NCBI GenBank assembly: GCA_038123275.1
Contig: JAYORG010000003.1
Location: forward strand, 4,956 to 68,955
DNA length: 64,000 nucleotides
Origin: Rickettsiales bacterium
GTDB taxonomy: Bacteria > Pseudomonadota > Alphaproteobacteria > Rickettsiales > UBA1997
Reading direction: 5' to 3'
Shown here: one piece after another, positions 35,654 to 44,892 of the stretch
Layout: every line of letters begins with the position of its first letter
Position numbering within the stretch: the stretch's first letter is position 1
Notes under the pieces: model-generated
Databases searched by the model: none
What the model was told of the DNA's origin: nothing
Seen by the model: the letters and a program-made list of their open reading frames with translations, nothing else
Program-made: the position numbers and the translations under genes

Positions 35654-36298
35654 TTATTTTGGTCTGCCATCTAAAATTAATTCTAATTCATTATTTTGAT
35701 AAGCATCATAAATTTTATTTAATACAAAGTCAATTTCCATAGCATTTTCTCTTTCTGCCCAAGTTTTTATTGTGGTTGGATATACATCTAATATGTTGAC
35801 ATTATCTAACTCTAATTTTAAGCTATTAGAGAAGCCTCTTAATCCCCACTTTGAAGCTGAATATAAAGTTCTTGATTTTTTTACTTCTAAGCCAACCATT
35901 GAGTTAATATTTATAATATTATTTAGTTCTTTTGATAGAGATTTTATTAAAATGATTGGAGCTTTTAAATTAGTGTCAATCATTTGATTAATTTGATCTA
36001 TTTCTATATCTTCCAATCTCTTAGAAGGACAAATCATTCCGGCATTATTAATTAATATTTTTATATGCCTATCTGTGCAAAATTTTGCTAGATTAGATAA
36101 TTCGTTTTGAGAACATAGTTCACATATGTAATGTTCAACTTTAACATCTAGCTTACTAATTTCTTTTTCAATTTCTTGCAATCTTTCTTTATTGCGACCA
36201 TGCAAAATGATGTCGTGACCCTTTTTGGCAAAGTGTAATGCTAAATATTTTCCAAGACCATTATTGGATCCTGTAATTAGAACTTTATCCAAAGACAT
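35654..36298 (-). CDS. classical short-chain dehydrogenase/reductase
   Basis: Motifs ITGSNNGLGKYLA, NNAG and YSASKWGLRG; 214 aa. Confidence 0.8.
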   Translation of the reverse strand: MSLDKVLITGSNNGLGKYLALHFAKKGHDIILHGRNKERLQEIEKEISKLDVKVEHYICELCSQNELSNLAKFCTDRHIKILINNAGMICPSKRLEDIEIDQINQMIDTNLKAPIILIKSLSKELNNIININSMVGLEVKKSRTLYSASKWGLRGFSNSLKLELDNVNILDVYPTTIKTWAERENAMEIDFVLNKIYDAYQNNELELILDGRPK

Positions 36299-37244
36299 TA
36301 TATCTTTTATCTATTATAGTTTTATTTTGAATGAACCAATCTATGGATTCTTTAATGCCATTTTCTAGTGATACTGTGGTTTTAAAGCCATAAGACTTTG
36401 CTCTTGTCATGTCAAAAACTCTTCTAGGGTCACCTTGAGGTTTATCGGTTAGCCACTTTATTTCCCTGTTAAATTCTTTGGATATTATATCAACTATTTC
36501 TTTAATTTTAATACCAGTTCCACTTCCTAAGTTTACTGGATCGGTAATTTTATTCTTAACAACGTGCAACATTCCAAGGGCTACATCTTTGGCATGAATA
36601 AAATCTCTAACCGAAGAACCATCTCCCCAAACTTCTAAAAAATCATTATCAAATGCCTTTCTTATTAAAGAAGGAATAACCATGGCATTTTCAGGGTTAA
36701 AATTATCATAAGGGCCATAAACATTTGCCGGCCTTACTATAGAACATTTTCCTTTGCCATATTGTTTCTCATAAGCTTGACATTGCAATTCTCCCATTCT
36801 TTTTGCCCATCCACCAAACCAATCATTTTTTGAAGGTTGAGTTTTCCATACATCGTCTTCATAAAGAACTTCAGCTGGTTCATACACTCCAACCGTGCTA
36901 GTATATAGATACCAACTTACATTTGCTTGCATTGCAGCTTCTAGCATATTGGTATTAAATTGCATCATGGGACCCATAATATCAGCTGGTCTTTCTAAAC
37001 ATATTTTAGGAGAACACTTAATTCCAACTAAATTAAATACATAATCCATATCTTTACAAACTTCTTTGCAGTTAGAAAAATCTTTTAGATCAACCTTGTT
37101 AAAGATTGTTTTAGAAGACATATTTACTGGTTCATTTAGGTCTGCTACATGGACTAAAGCTTCTTCTCTTAAAAGAAGATCTACTAGTTGTCTGCCTATC
37201 ATGCCACTACCACCAGTGACTAGTACTTTTTTGTTTTTAAACAT
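36285..37244 (-). CDS. NAD(P)-dependent sugar-nucleotide epimerase/dehydratase (extended SDR); paralogue of 26348-27352
   Basis: Motifs VTGGSGMIGRQLV, FGGWAKRMGE and RPANVYGPYDNF. Confidence 0.75.
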   Translation of the reverse strand: MFKNKKVLVTGGSGMIGRQLVDLLLREEALVHVADLNEPVNMSSKTIFNKVDLKDFSNCKEVCKDMDYVFNLVGIKCSPKICLERPADIMGPMMQFNTNMLEAAMQANVSWYLYTSTVGVYEPAEVLYEDDVWKTQPSKNDWFGGWAKRMGELQCQAYEKQYGKGKCSIVRPANVYGPYDNFNPENAMVIPSLIRKAFDNDFLEVWGDGSSVRDFIHAKDVALGMLHVVKNKITDPVNLGSGTGIKIKEIVDIISKEFNREIKWLTDKPQGDPRRVFDMTRAKSYGFKTTVSLENGIKESIDWFIQNKTIIDKRYNVFG

Positions 37245-37246
37245 AT

Positions 37247-38155
37247 TTATAAATTAGTTATTTTTTTTACTTTATTTACAATCTTATCTGGAGATGGCGG
37301 CAAGTTGTCAACATCAGGATGAAATCCTGCTGTTTTATGATCCAACCCTAAGGTATGTACTTTTTTATTGGAATTAACCATCATTTCATGGGCAATACTG
37401 CTGGCTACACCCTCTTCATAATCATCATCTAAAACTAAGCCACCATATTTTGAGTTATTGAGGCATTTTTTCCATTCTTCTTTAAACGTAAATGGTTTAA
37501 TCCATAATTGATGAATTATACTAACTTTTAAACCTTCTTTTTCTAGTATTTTCTTTGCTTCTATAGCATCAAACCTGGTAATTGAGATTGGAAATAATAC
37601 TATGTCGGACTTATCCAGTATTAAATCTTCAAATTCTTCTGTATTATCATAGCTTCGTCTATGTTCTGAAATATAATAGACATCATCATCTTTCATAAAT
37701 TGATCATAAGAATATTGATATTCTTTTGGGGTCATTGGTGATATTATTTTTGTACCTGGCATTCTTTGATATAAGGAGTGATGTGAAGATCCAGCAACTG
37801 GCCCCATTCCCCCTTCCATAGCAATGCTTCTTATAAAAATAGGGCAAGGTATTTGCCATATTTCTTTACTTTTTGATGCATAATTTATAATAATTGGAGA
37901 ATTATACCATTGAAATCCTTGATATCTAACAACATATATTGGCCTAACGCCTTTCAAAGCTGCTCCAACAACAAAACCACCATTAGCCACATCAGCAGTT
38001 GTGACTTCAACCATACCATCTTTTTCATATAACTCAGGCAAGGTTCCTCCAACCCAGCCCACTGCTGTTAAGCATTGGCCAAAGCACAAGCTTTTTTCTT
38101 CTTTTAAGTGTTTGTAGACTATTTCCTTTATTGTTTCTCTAACTGTTTTTGCCAT
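37247..38155 (-). CDS. thiamine-diphosphate-dependent E1 component, beta subunit-like (transketolase Pyr + C-terminal domains)
   Basis: 302 aa. The N-terminal pyrimidine-binding-domain pattern (TADVANGGFVVGAALKGVRP) and C-terminal domain match E1-beta. It overlaps the alpha-like gene by 28 nt. Confidence 0.7.
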   Translation of the reverse strand: MAKTVRETIKEIVYKHLKEEKSLCFGQCLTAVGWVGGTLPELYEKDGMVEVTTADVANGGFVVGAALKGVRPIYVVRYQGFQWYNSPIIINYASKSKEIWQIPCPIFIRSIAMEGGMGPVAGSSHHSLYQRMPGTKIISPMTPKEYQYSYDQFMKDDDVYYISEHRRSYDNTEEFEDLILDKSDIVLFPISITRFDAIEAKKILEKEGLKVSIIHQLWIKPFTFKEEWKKCLNNSKYGGLVLDDDYEEGVASSIAHEMMVNSNKKVHTLGLDHKTAGFHPDVDNLPPSPDKIVNKVKKITNL

Positions 38156-38958
38156 ATATTTGTTACAAGTTTTTTATTTTTGATGTCTATATCTATAGCT
38201 TCCTTACCTAGTTCTGATAATTCTTTTTCATATCTATCAAAATTATCTCCATCAATTCCTGCGCCAGCATGCCAATATTTTCTGACTGTATTAATGTTAA
38301 GTAATAAAGGTGTTTTAAATACATCTTTTATATGTTTTTTAATATCTATAGGATCATCTGAAATATTATATCCTTGTACCTTAAAGCCTTTAGCAATATC
38401 ATGCATGTGCCAATTTCTTCTAACTTTTTTTTCAGTTAAAATTGATAGGTTATTATCTTCAACAACAAATAAAATTGGTAAATTTTTAGTTGATGCCCAG
38501 CCAATTGAGCTTAATACGTAATCTTCTTCTGCGGATGAGTCCCCAACAAAAACTATTGTTGGTTTTTTGCTAGCATAGCAAGAACCTACGGCAATTGGAA
38601 CTTGATTGCCCATTAGGCCATCGTGACCATAAATATTTTTTTCTTTACATTGAATAGAAGCTGACCCTCCCATACCATGAGCACAGCCAGTTTTTCTTCC
38701 TAACATTTCGTCAACTAGCTTTTCTATATCTCCGCCAAATGCTAAGTAAGTTGAATGACCTCTATGCTGGATATATATATCTGGAGTAATATTATTTTGC
38801 TGGATTATATGGGCAATAGTTGCTGCAATATACTCTTGACCAGCAGATAAATATACAGGAAATTTGATGGTTTTTTCTTGAATCTTTTTAAATGTTTCAT
38901 TTTCAAAATGACGGCATAATGACGCTTTTTTAAATACTTCTAATCTAAAATTTTTCAT
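38128..38958 (-). CDS. thiamine-diphosphate-dependent E1 component, alpha subunit-like
   Basis: LSAGQEYIAATIA, GMGGSASI and the TPP-binding VGDSSAEED...VEDNNLS (GDG-x-N-type motif). Confidence 0.7.
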   Translation of the reverse strand: MKNFRLEVFKKASLCRHFENETFKKIQEKTIKFPVYLSAGQEYIAATIAHIIQQNNITPDIYIQHRGHSTYLAFGGDIEKLVDEMLGRKTGCAHGMGGSASIQCKEKNIYGHDGLMGNQVPIAVGSCYASKKPTIVFVGDSSAEEDYVLSSIGWASTKNLPILFVVEDNNLSILTEKKVRRNWHMHDIAKGFKVQGYNISDDPIDIKKHIKDVFKTPLLLNINTVRKYWHAGAGIDGDNFDRYEKELSELGKEAIDIDIKNKKLVTNIWQKQLEKQ

Positions 38959-38968
38959 AAATTTAAAC

Positions 38969-39667
38969 TTAACTCATTAAAGACTGCTTTTCACTAGAAG
39001 TGGCACTATTTTTTATGGTCATTATAACAGTGTCATTGGATATATTTTTAAATGTTTTTAGAAGCCTTTTTATTGTTTTAGCGACAATAACATCTCCTGG
39101 TTGTGCGACTTTATTATCCCCATGTAGTATTCCACCTTTTAAGAAAATAATATGCTCAGAGTCTTCCTTTGAATGAAAATCATCAATATTATTAGTATTT
39201 TGAACAGTGATTTTACAATTTGCAAAATCATAATGGTCAATTTTATTTGATAGAGGATTATTAAACCATATGCAATCTTCTTTTTTGGGCATTTCAAAAT
39301 TTTTACCTTCATAAGGCTCCGTTTCTCTGCCATATTTATCTTCTAATCTAATGATGTCATGTTTGTTTTTTGGAGTTTCTATTTCAAAAATAAATGCCCC
39401 TTCTTTAGATAAAGCTTTTGTTGCATGAAATAGGCCTTTTCTAATCATTATTTTACGACCTGGTTTTAACTTGAAGGTATTATCAATAAAAGAAACGTCA
39501 GCTTCTCCATCTAAAACTATTAGACCAGTAGTTTTTTTTGGATGGCAATGTAAGGAGGTTTGGTGATTTTGCTTTATATGCAAAAACCACAAACCTACCT
39601 CATCATTTTCATAGGCTAAATATTCATAGCCCCAAGGTTTTTTAACTACGATTTTGTCGTAACTCAT
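38969..39667 (-). CDS. cupin protein, mannose-6-phosphate isomerase type II C-terminal-domain-like
   Basis: KPWGYEYL..., QTSLHCHPKKTTGLIVLDGEA and EIETPKNKHDIIRLEDKYGRE. Confidence 0.6.
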   Translation of the reverse strand: MSYDKIVVKKPWGYEYLAYENDEVGLWFLHIKQNHQTSLHCHPKKTTGLIVLDGEADVSFIDNTFKLKPGRKIMIRKGLFHATKALSKEGAFIFEIETPKNKHDIIRLEDKYGRETEPYEGKNFEMPKKEDCIWFNNPLSNKIDHYDFANCKITVQNTNNIDDFHSKEDSEHIIFLKGGILHGDNKVAQPGDVIVAKTIKRLLKTFKNISNDTVIMTIKNSATSSEKQSLMS

Positions 39668-40217
39668 TTTGATCTAAATTTTTAGATTCATAAACTTCAA
39701 GAGATGCTTTCATCCAGTCACCTAACCATTTATAATGTGGAGATGTAATTAGGTTGTCAGAAATTACAGCTGGAGCATCAACATAATTTGCGCCAGAATT
39801 TATAACATCATCTTTAATACTATAATATGCTGAAACATCCCTATCTTTTGTAACTTTTGCAGAAATTAAAAGTTGAGCACCATGACAAATACAAGCAATT
39901 ACCTTATTCTTTTCATTCCATTCATTAATGAATTTTAAAACATTTTTTTCTTGTCTTAGTTTTTCAAGAGACTTAACTCCTCCTGGAATAATCAATAAGT
40001 CATATTCATTCATGTATTGATCATATTTAGCTTTATCATTAAAATCAAAAACTAGCTTGGTGCATTCTACATGAACTCCTAATATGCCATGTATTCTTCC
40101 AAGTTCATTTGCAAATACATCAACTTCAAATCCAGCTTCTTGTACTCTATAATAAGGGTATACCATTTCGTGGTCTTGAAATTGATCCCACGCTAAAATA
40201 AGTGCTTTTTTAGACAT
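39642..40217 (-). CDS. DJ-1/PfpI-family protein
   Basis: The nucleophile-elbow motif ACICHGAQLLISA and IPGGVKSLE; 191 aa. Confidence 0.8.
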   Translation of the reverse strand: MSKKALILAWDQFQDHEMVYPYYRVQEAGFEVDVFANELGRIHGILGVHVECTKLVFDFNDKAKYDQYMNEYDLLIIPGGVKSLEKLRQEKNVLKFINEWNEKNKVIACICHGAQLLISAKVTKDRDVSAYYSIKDDVINSGANYVDAPAVISDNLITSPHYKWLGDWMKASLEVYESKNLDQNELRQNRS

Positions 40218-40367
40218 TTTTTATATTTTATTAGTTGTTAACATAAACCTAAAGCAGGTTAACATGTGTTTATCAAAAACTCAAACTTTAATTAACTTTT
40301 TAGATATCTTATAAATTAGCTTAATTTATAGGCTTTATAAATCAATTTATTTGATTTATATATGTCT

Positions 40368-42437
40368 TTAAAATGGACCTTTAAATTCTTCTAATTCATT
40401 ATTTTCAATTGTAATGTTTTTCCATATTATTAAATCCAAACCAAGCATTTGACAAATTCTATCAGCAATTGTTTTGCTATTTGGATAAAATAAATCTTCT
40501 AATGTTTTAGTAGTTGGGCATGTTGTAGGTGCAAAGCCCATTCTGGAAATTTGTATTGGCTTACCATTTAGTCCATTTGGAAATAGTTCACTAATTTTGG
40601 CAGAAATTTCAGCGGATATGCCAAATTCTATCCAACCATTATCGATAATTAATAATTTACCTGTTTTTTGAATGGAATTTTTAATTAACTCTATATCAAG
40701 TGGATTAATCCATATTGGATCTATTACTTCAGCATTAATACCAATTGTTTCTAGATGTTTAGCAGCTCTTATAGATTCTATAGTCATATGAGAAATTGCT
40801 ACAATAGTAATATCATTACCTTTTTTTATTATCCTGCCTTTTCCTATTTCTATTTCATATGACTTCTCTGGGACATAACTTTTTGTATTGCAAAGTAAAC
40901 GGTGTTCCATAAAAATAACCGGATTATTATCTCTAATGGCAGCAATCATAGACCCTTTGGCATCATAAGCATTAGATGGCGCTACAATTCTTAGGCCTGG
41001 AATATGTGCAAATAATGAATGTAAAGCTTGAGAATGTTGAGCCCCCTGCCCCCATGACCTACCAATCATTGTGCGAATTACTAGTGGAACTTTTATATTA
41101 CCGTTATACATATAATGAGCTTTTGCACCCATATTAATTAATTGATTCATACATAGCGTTAGGAAATCCATTCTAATATGAACATGAATTGGTCTTAGGC
41201 CATACATAGCAGAGCCAATAGCAACTCCAGTCATAGCATCTTCTGATAGAGGTGTGCCAAAAATTCTATTAGATCCAAATTCTTTTAATATTCCAGCAGT
41301 TGAGCCCTGAATCTCTTTATGATCATCTACATCAAGACCAAAGACAAAAACCTTATCATCTCTTCTCATTTCTTCTTTGCAAGCATCAGAAATTGCGTCT
41401 ACGTATCTTATTAATTTTTGTTCTTGGGATTTAAGACTGCTATCTTTTATGGTTTCTTTTGGGGCATAAATATTTTCCATTAACTCTTTTTGCCCAGGAA
41501 ACTTTGATTTTTCAGAAAACTCTATTGACTGATTAATTAAACCATCAACCTCTTTGGCTATTTTTTCTTCCTCTTTATTGCTAATTAATTTTGACAATAC
41601 TTTTATCTGATCATTTTCTAGCCACCATTTATACTCTTCTAAGTCACGATATTCTTCATTTAAATCCTCTTCTGGACCAACATGCTCTTTGTGTCTATAA
41701 GTAAAACATTCAATAAATATTGGCCCTGAATTTGGATTGTTTTTAATTTCTTCAATGGCAGATTTTGCTATATCTCTTATTTTAAAAATATCACCATCCT
41801 TAATACGATGTGTCTTAATTCCATAACTTTCTACTCTTTCACAAATTTTATTTGTTGGCCAGCGTTTTTCTATTGGGTTGTGAATGGCAAGTTTATTGTT
41901 TTCGCATAAAAATATTATTGGCAATTTATGTAAAGCTGCAAAATTAATTGATTCACTAAAACAACCCTCTTCTGTGGCACCGTCACCAAAAAAAGAAACT
42001 ATAACTCTTTGTTTTTTAGTTTTTTGGAATTCTTTTTTTAAAGCTAAGGCATAGCCAGTGGCAACAGGAATTGTAGTGCCAACCACAGCAGAAGCACCCA
42101 TAATACCGTGATTCATGTCAATTAAATGCATTGATCCAGCCTTTCCTCCAGCACAACCATCTTTTTTGCCGTAAAGCTCTGCCATCATTTTGTTTAAATC
42201 TCCACCTTTAGCAATATGAGTGGCATGACACCTATAGGTATTAGAAATTATGTCATCTTTATTTAAAACATCACAAACCGCAACCGCAACCGCTTCTTGA
42301 CCAATTGATAAATGTATGGGACTTTTTATAACATCAGTATGATAAATTTGAGCTATCTTTTCTTCAAACCTTCTAATTAATAAAGTTTTTTTGTATAAGC
42401 GTAAAACTAAATCTTGATCAATATCTACTTTTTTCAC
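40368..42437 (-). CDS. thiamine-diphosphate-dependent E1 dehydrogenase, fused alpha-beta polypeptide
   Basis: The N-terminal half is E1-alpha-like (SIGQEAVAVAV, FFGDGATEEG, LCENNKLAI). The C-terminal half is E1-beta-like (FGTPLSEDAMTGVAIGSA, RIVAPSNAYDAKG). 689 aa. Confidence 0.8.
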   Translation of the reverse strand: MKKVDIDQDLVLRLYKKTLLIRRFEEKIAQIYHTDVIKSPIHLSIGQEAVAVAVCDVLNKDDIISNTYRCHATHIAKGGDLNKMMAELYGKKDGCAGGKAGSMHLIDMNHGIMGASAVVGTTIPVATGYALALKKEFQKTKKQRVIVSFFGDGATEEGCFSESINFAALHKLPIIFLCENNKLAIHNPIEKRWPTNKICERVESYGIKTHRIKDGDIFKIRDIAKSAIEEIKNNPNSGPIFIECFTYRHKEHVGPEEDLNEEYRDLEEYKWWLENDQIKVLSKLISNKEEEKIAKEVDGLINQSIEFSEKSKFPGQKELMENIYAPKETIKDSSLKSQEQKLIRYVDAISDACKEEMRRDDKVFVFGLDVDDHKEIQGSTAGILKEFGSNRIFGTPLSEDAMTGVAIGSAMYGLRPIHVHIRMDFLTLCMNQLINMGAKAHYMYNGNIKVPLVIRTMIGRSWGQGAQHSQALHSLFAHIPGLRIVAPSNAYDAKGSMIAAIRDNNPVIFMEHRLLCNTKSYVPEKSYEIEIGKGRIIKKGNDITIVAISHMTIESIRAAKHLETIGINAEVIDPIWINPLDIELIKNSIQKTGKLLIIDNGWIEFGISAEISAKISELFPNGLNGKPIQISRMGFAPTTCPTTKTLEDLFYPNSKTIADRICQMLGLDLIIWKNITIENNELEEFKGPF

Positions 42438-42510
42438 TGTCTTATTGATTTTTTTAATTAGGTTAATATAGTTGGACGCTTAAATCTATTAAGTATTACT
42501 TTATAAATCA

Positions 42511-43446
42511 ATGGAAAAGCATCAAAAAATACTTATTACAGGAGCGACTGGAATGGTTGGATCTTCTCTTGTAAGAATACTTAAAAAGAAGGGTTTTAAA
42601 AACTTGATTACAATTGGAAGCAAAGATATTGATTTAAGAAACCAAATTGATGTAGAGAATTTTTTTAAAAAAGAAAAGCCAGAATATGTTTTTCATTTAG
42701 CAGCAATTGTAGGTGGAATACATGCTAATAACACTTATCCAGCAAAATTTATTTATGATAATACACAAATGCATTTAAATGTTATTCATTTTGCTGATAA
42801 ATATAAATCTAGAAAAGTTCTATTTCCTGGATCAGCTTGTACCTATCCAAAACTAGCTAAGCAGCCCATTGAAGAAAAATCATTTCTTTGTGGATCTATT
42901 GAGCCAACTAATATAGCATATGCAAGTGCTAAAATTAATGGTATAGTGGCAGCGCAAAGCTATCAAAAAGAATTTGGTTTAAATGTATCTATACCTATGC
43001 CAACTAATTCTTACGGTATTGGAGATAATTTTGATCCTGATAACTCTCATGTTATTCCAGCTTTAATTAGAAGATTTCATAATGCAAAAATAAATAATAT
43101 TTCATCTGTTACTATATGGGGAAGTGGTAATGTTTTGCGTGAGTTTATTTATGTTGATGACTTTGCTGATGGCTTGATATTTTTAATACAAAATTATGAT
43201 GATTCTAACATTATAAACCTTAGCACCATGGATGAAATATCTATAAAAGACTTATCTTGTAAAATATCTAATATAATTGGATATAAGGGTAATATAGAAT
43301 TTGATTCCTCAAAGCCAGATGGAGCCCCTAGAAAATGCCTTGATGCTTCTAAAATTAAATCTTTAGGATGGAAATCAAAAATAAGCCTGGAAGAAGGTTT
43401 AGAAAGAACTTACAAATATTATTTAAGTCATATTCATGAAGACTAA
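42511..43446 (+). CDS. fcl: GDP-L-fucose synthase-type 3,5-epimerase/4-reductase
   Basis: Motifs ITGATGMVGSSL, VFHLAAIVGGIHANNTYPAKFIYDN, YASAKINGI and HVIPALIRRFH; 311 aa. Confidence 0.8.
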   Translation: MEKHQKILITGATGMVGSSLVRILKKKGFKNLITIGSKDIDLRNQIDVENFFKKEKPEYVFHLAAIVGGIHANNTYPAKFIYDNTQMHLNVIHFADKYKSRKVLFPGSACTYPKLAKQPIEEKSFLCGSIEPTNIAYASAKINGIVAAQSYQKEFGLNVSIPMPTNSYGIGDNFDPDNSHVIPALIRRFHNAKINNISSVTIWGSGNVLREFIYVDDFADGLIFLIQNYDDSNIINLSTMDEISIKDLSCKISNIIGYKGNIEFDSSKPDGAPRKCLDASKIKSLGWKSKISLEEGLERTYKYYLSHIHED

Positions 43447-44386
43447 AGAAAATTGGCCAAAAATTAGCATAATTACCCCAGTTAAAAATGCTGTACATAC
43501 TTTAGAAAAGGCTATAAAAAGCTTAATTGATCAAAATTATCCAAATTTAGAATATATAATAATGGATGGAGGTTCAACGGATGGTACGTTGGAAATTATT
43601 AAAAAATATAAAAAATATATATCTTATTGGCAAAGTTTAGAAGATGAAAATGGTATTGAGGCTCAAAATAATGGCATTAAAAAAGCTAGTGGAGAAATAG
43701 TATCTTTTTTAAATGCTGATGATTTTTATGAATCAAAAACTTTAGAAAAAATTGCTAAAACTTTTAATGAGGATAAAACTCTAGATATAGTATCTACATG
43801 TTGTAAAGCTATTAAATTTAATGCATCTAAAAATGATTATGAGATAATTGAGAATTATAATTCAAACAATATGAGACTTGATAAAAATAGAATTATTCAA
43901 TCTTATAATCCAAATTCTAGGTTTTTTAAAAGAGAATTATTCTTTAAATATGGCTTTCCTATAATAAAAGATGATGAAGGTGGTGTATTTTATAGTAATG
44001 ATCAAGAATATTTAATAAGATTTCTTTTTAAAGGAATAAAAAGTAAAGTTATTAGCTATATTGGCTATAATTATTTAATTCACGAAGGTTCTTTTACTTT
44101 TTCTAATAATAAAAGTATAGAACAGAGATTATATAAGGATAAAATCTATATTTCAAAAATATTTTTAAATTCAAATGAAATTAATGTACCTGATATATGG
44201 GGCAAAACTTTCAAAAAATGGATAAAAAAATATCGTGCCATTTTAGTAAAAAATTATCTGGAAAGAAGAGAATGGAAGAACTTTAAGGCAAATTTTATTT
44301 TAGGAATTCAAGATAATGGTTTATTTAACTTTGGATTCTATTTTATAAAAACAATTATCAGACAAACAAAAAGAAGAGAATGGTAA
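43436..44386 (+). CDS. family 2 glycosyltransferase
   Basis: ISIITPVKNAVHTLEKAIKSLIDQNYPNLEYIIMDGGSTDGT and NADDF (DxD). Confidence 0.8.
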   Translation: MKTKENWPKISIITPVKNAVHTLEKAIKSLIDQNYPNLEYIIMDGGSTDGTLEIIKKYKKYISYWQSLEDENGIEAQNNGIKKASGEIVSFLNADDFYESKTLEKIAKTFNEDKTLDIVSTCCKAIKFNASKNDYEIIENYNSNNMRLDKNRIIQSYNPNSRFFKRELFFKYGFPIIKDDEGGVFYSNDQEYLIRFLFKGIKSKVISYIGYNYLIHEGSFTFSNNKSIEQRLYKDKIYISKIFLNSNEINVPDIWGKTFKKWIKKYRAILVKNYLERREWKNFKANFILGIQDNGLFNFGFYFIKTIIRQTKRREW

Positions 44387-44393
44387 ACTTAAT

Positions 44394-44891
44394 TTAAATG
44401 ACCACTTCTCTTAAAGAGTCTTTTTTGTGATTGAATAAGATACGCTTACTTATTTTTGCTAATTTAGCAGCTTTAATATCGCTTTCTTTATCGCCAATCA
44501 TTATTGATTGACTTGGATCTATGTCAAATTCTTTAATTGCCTTTAATAACATTCCTGGATTTGGTTTTCTATCAAAAGAATCTTTTCTATATTTTTCTAT
44601 AACCGCCTCTGTATGATGTGGACAGTAATAAGTTTTGGAAATTTTAATATTTCTTTTAAGAAATTTATCTTCTATCCATTTAGTTAATTTTAGAAAATCC
44701 TCTTCTTTATAGTAGCTCTTGGCAATTCCAGCCTGATTTGTAATAACTATAATTAAGTATCCTGATTGTTGAGCCTTTAAACATAAATCAAAAATTCCAT
44801 CTATAAAATGAAAATCTTTTATTTGGTAAACATGTCCATAATCAATATTTATGACTCCATCTCTGTCTAAAAATAAAGCTTTATTTTCCAT
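44394..44891 (-). CDS. gmhB: D-glycero-D-manno-heptose 1,7-bisphosphate 7-phosphatase (HAD)
   Basis: Motifs LFLDRDGVIN, TNQAGIAK, RKPNPGM and GDKESD; 165 aa. Confidence 0.8.
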   Translation of the reverse strand: MENKALFLDRDGVINIDYGHVYQIKDFHFIDGIFDLCLKAQQSGYLIIVITNQAGIAKSYYKEEDFLKLTKWIEDKFLKRNIKISKTYYCPHHTEAVIEKYRKDSFDRKPNPGMLLKAIKEFDIDPSQSIMIGDKESDIKAAKLAKISKRILFNHKKDSLREVVI

Positions 44892-44892
44892 G

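Noticed and set aside
40337-40359. A 9-bp inverted repeat ataaatcaa-tttat-ttgatttat and the nearby near-palindrome ataaattagcttaatttat in the 150-nt spacer between the fused E1 gene and the DJ-1 gene, considered as a terminator or operator.
   Set aside because: The stems are almost entirely A/T with no flanking U-tract. Such palindromes are expected by chance in DNA this AT-rich. I cannot support a call without conservation or expression data.
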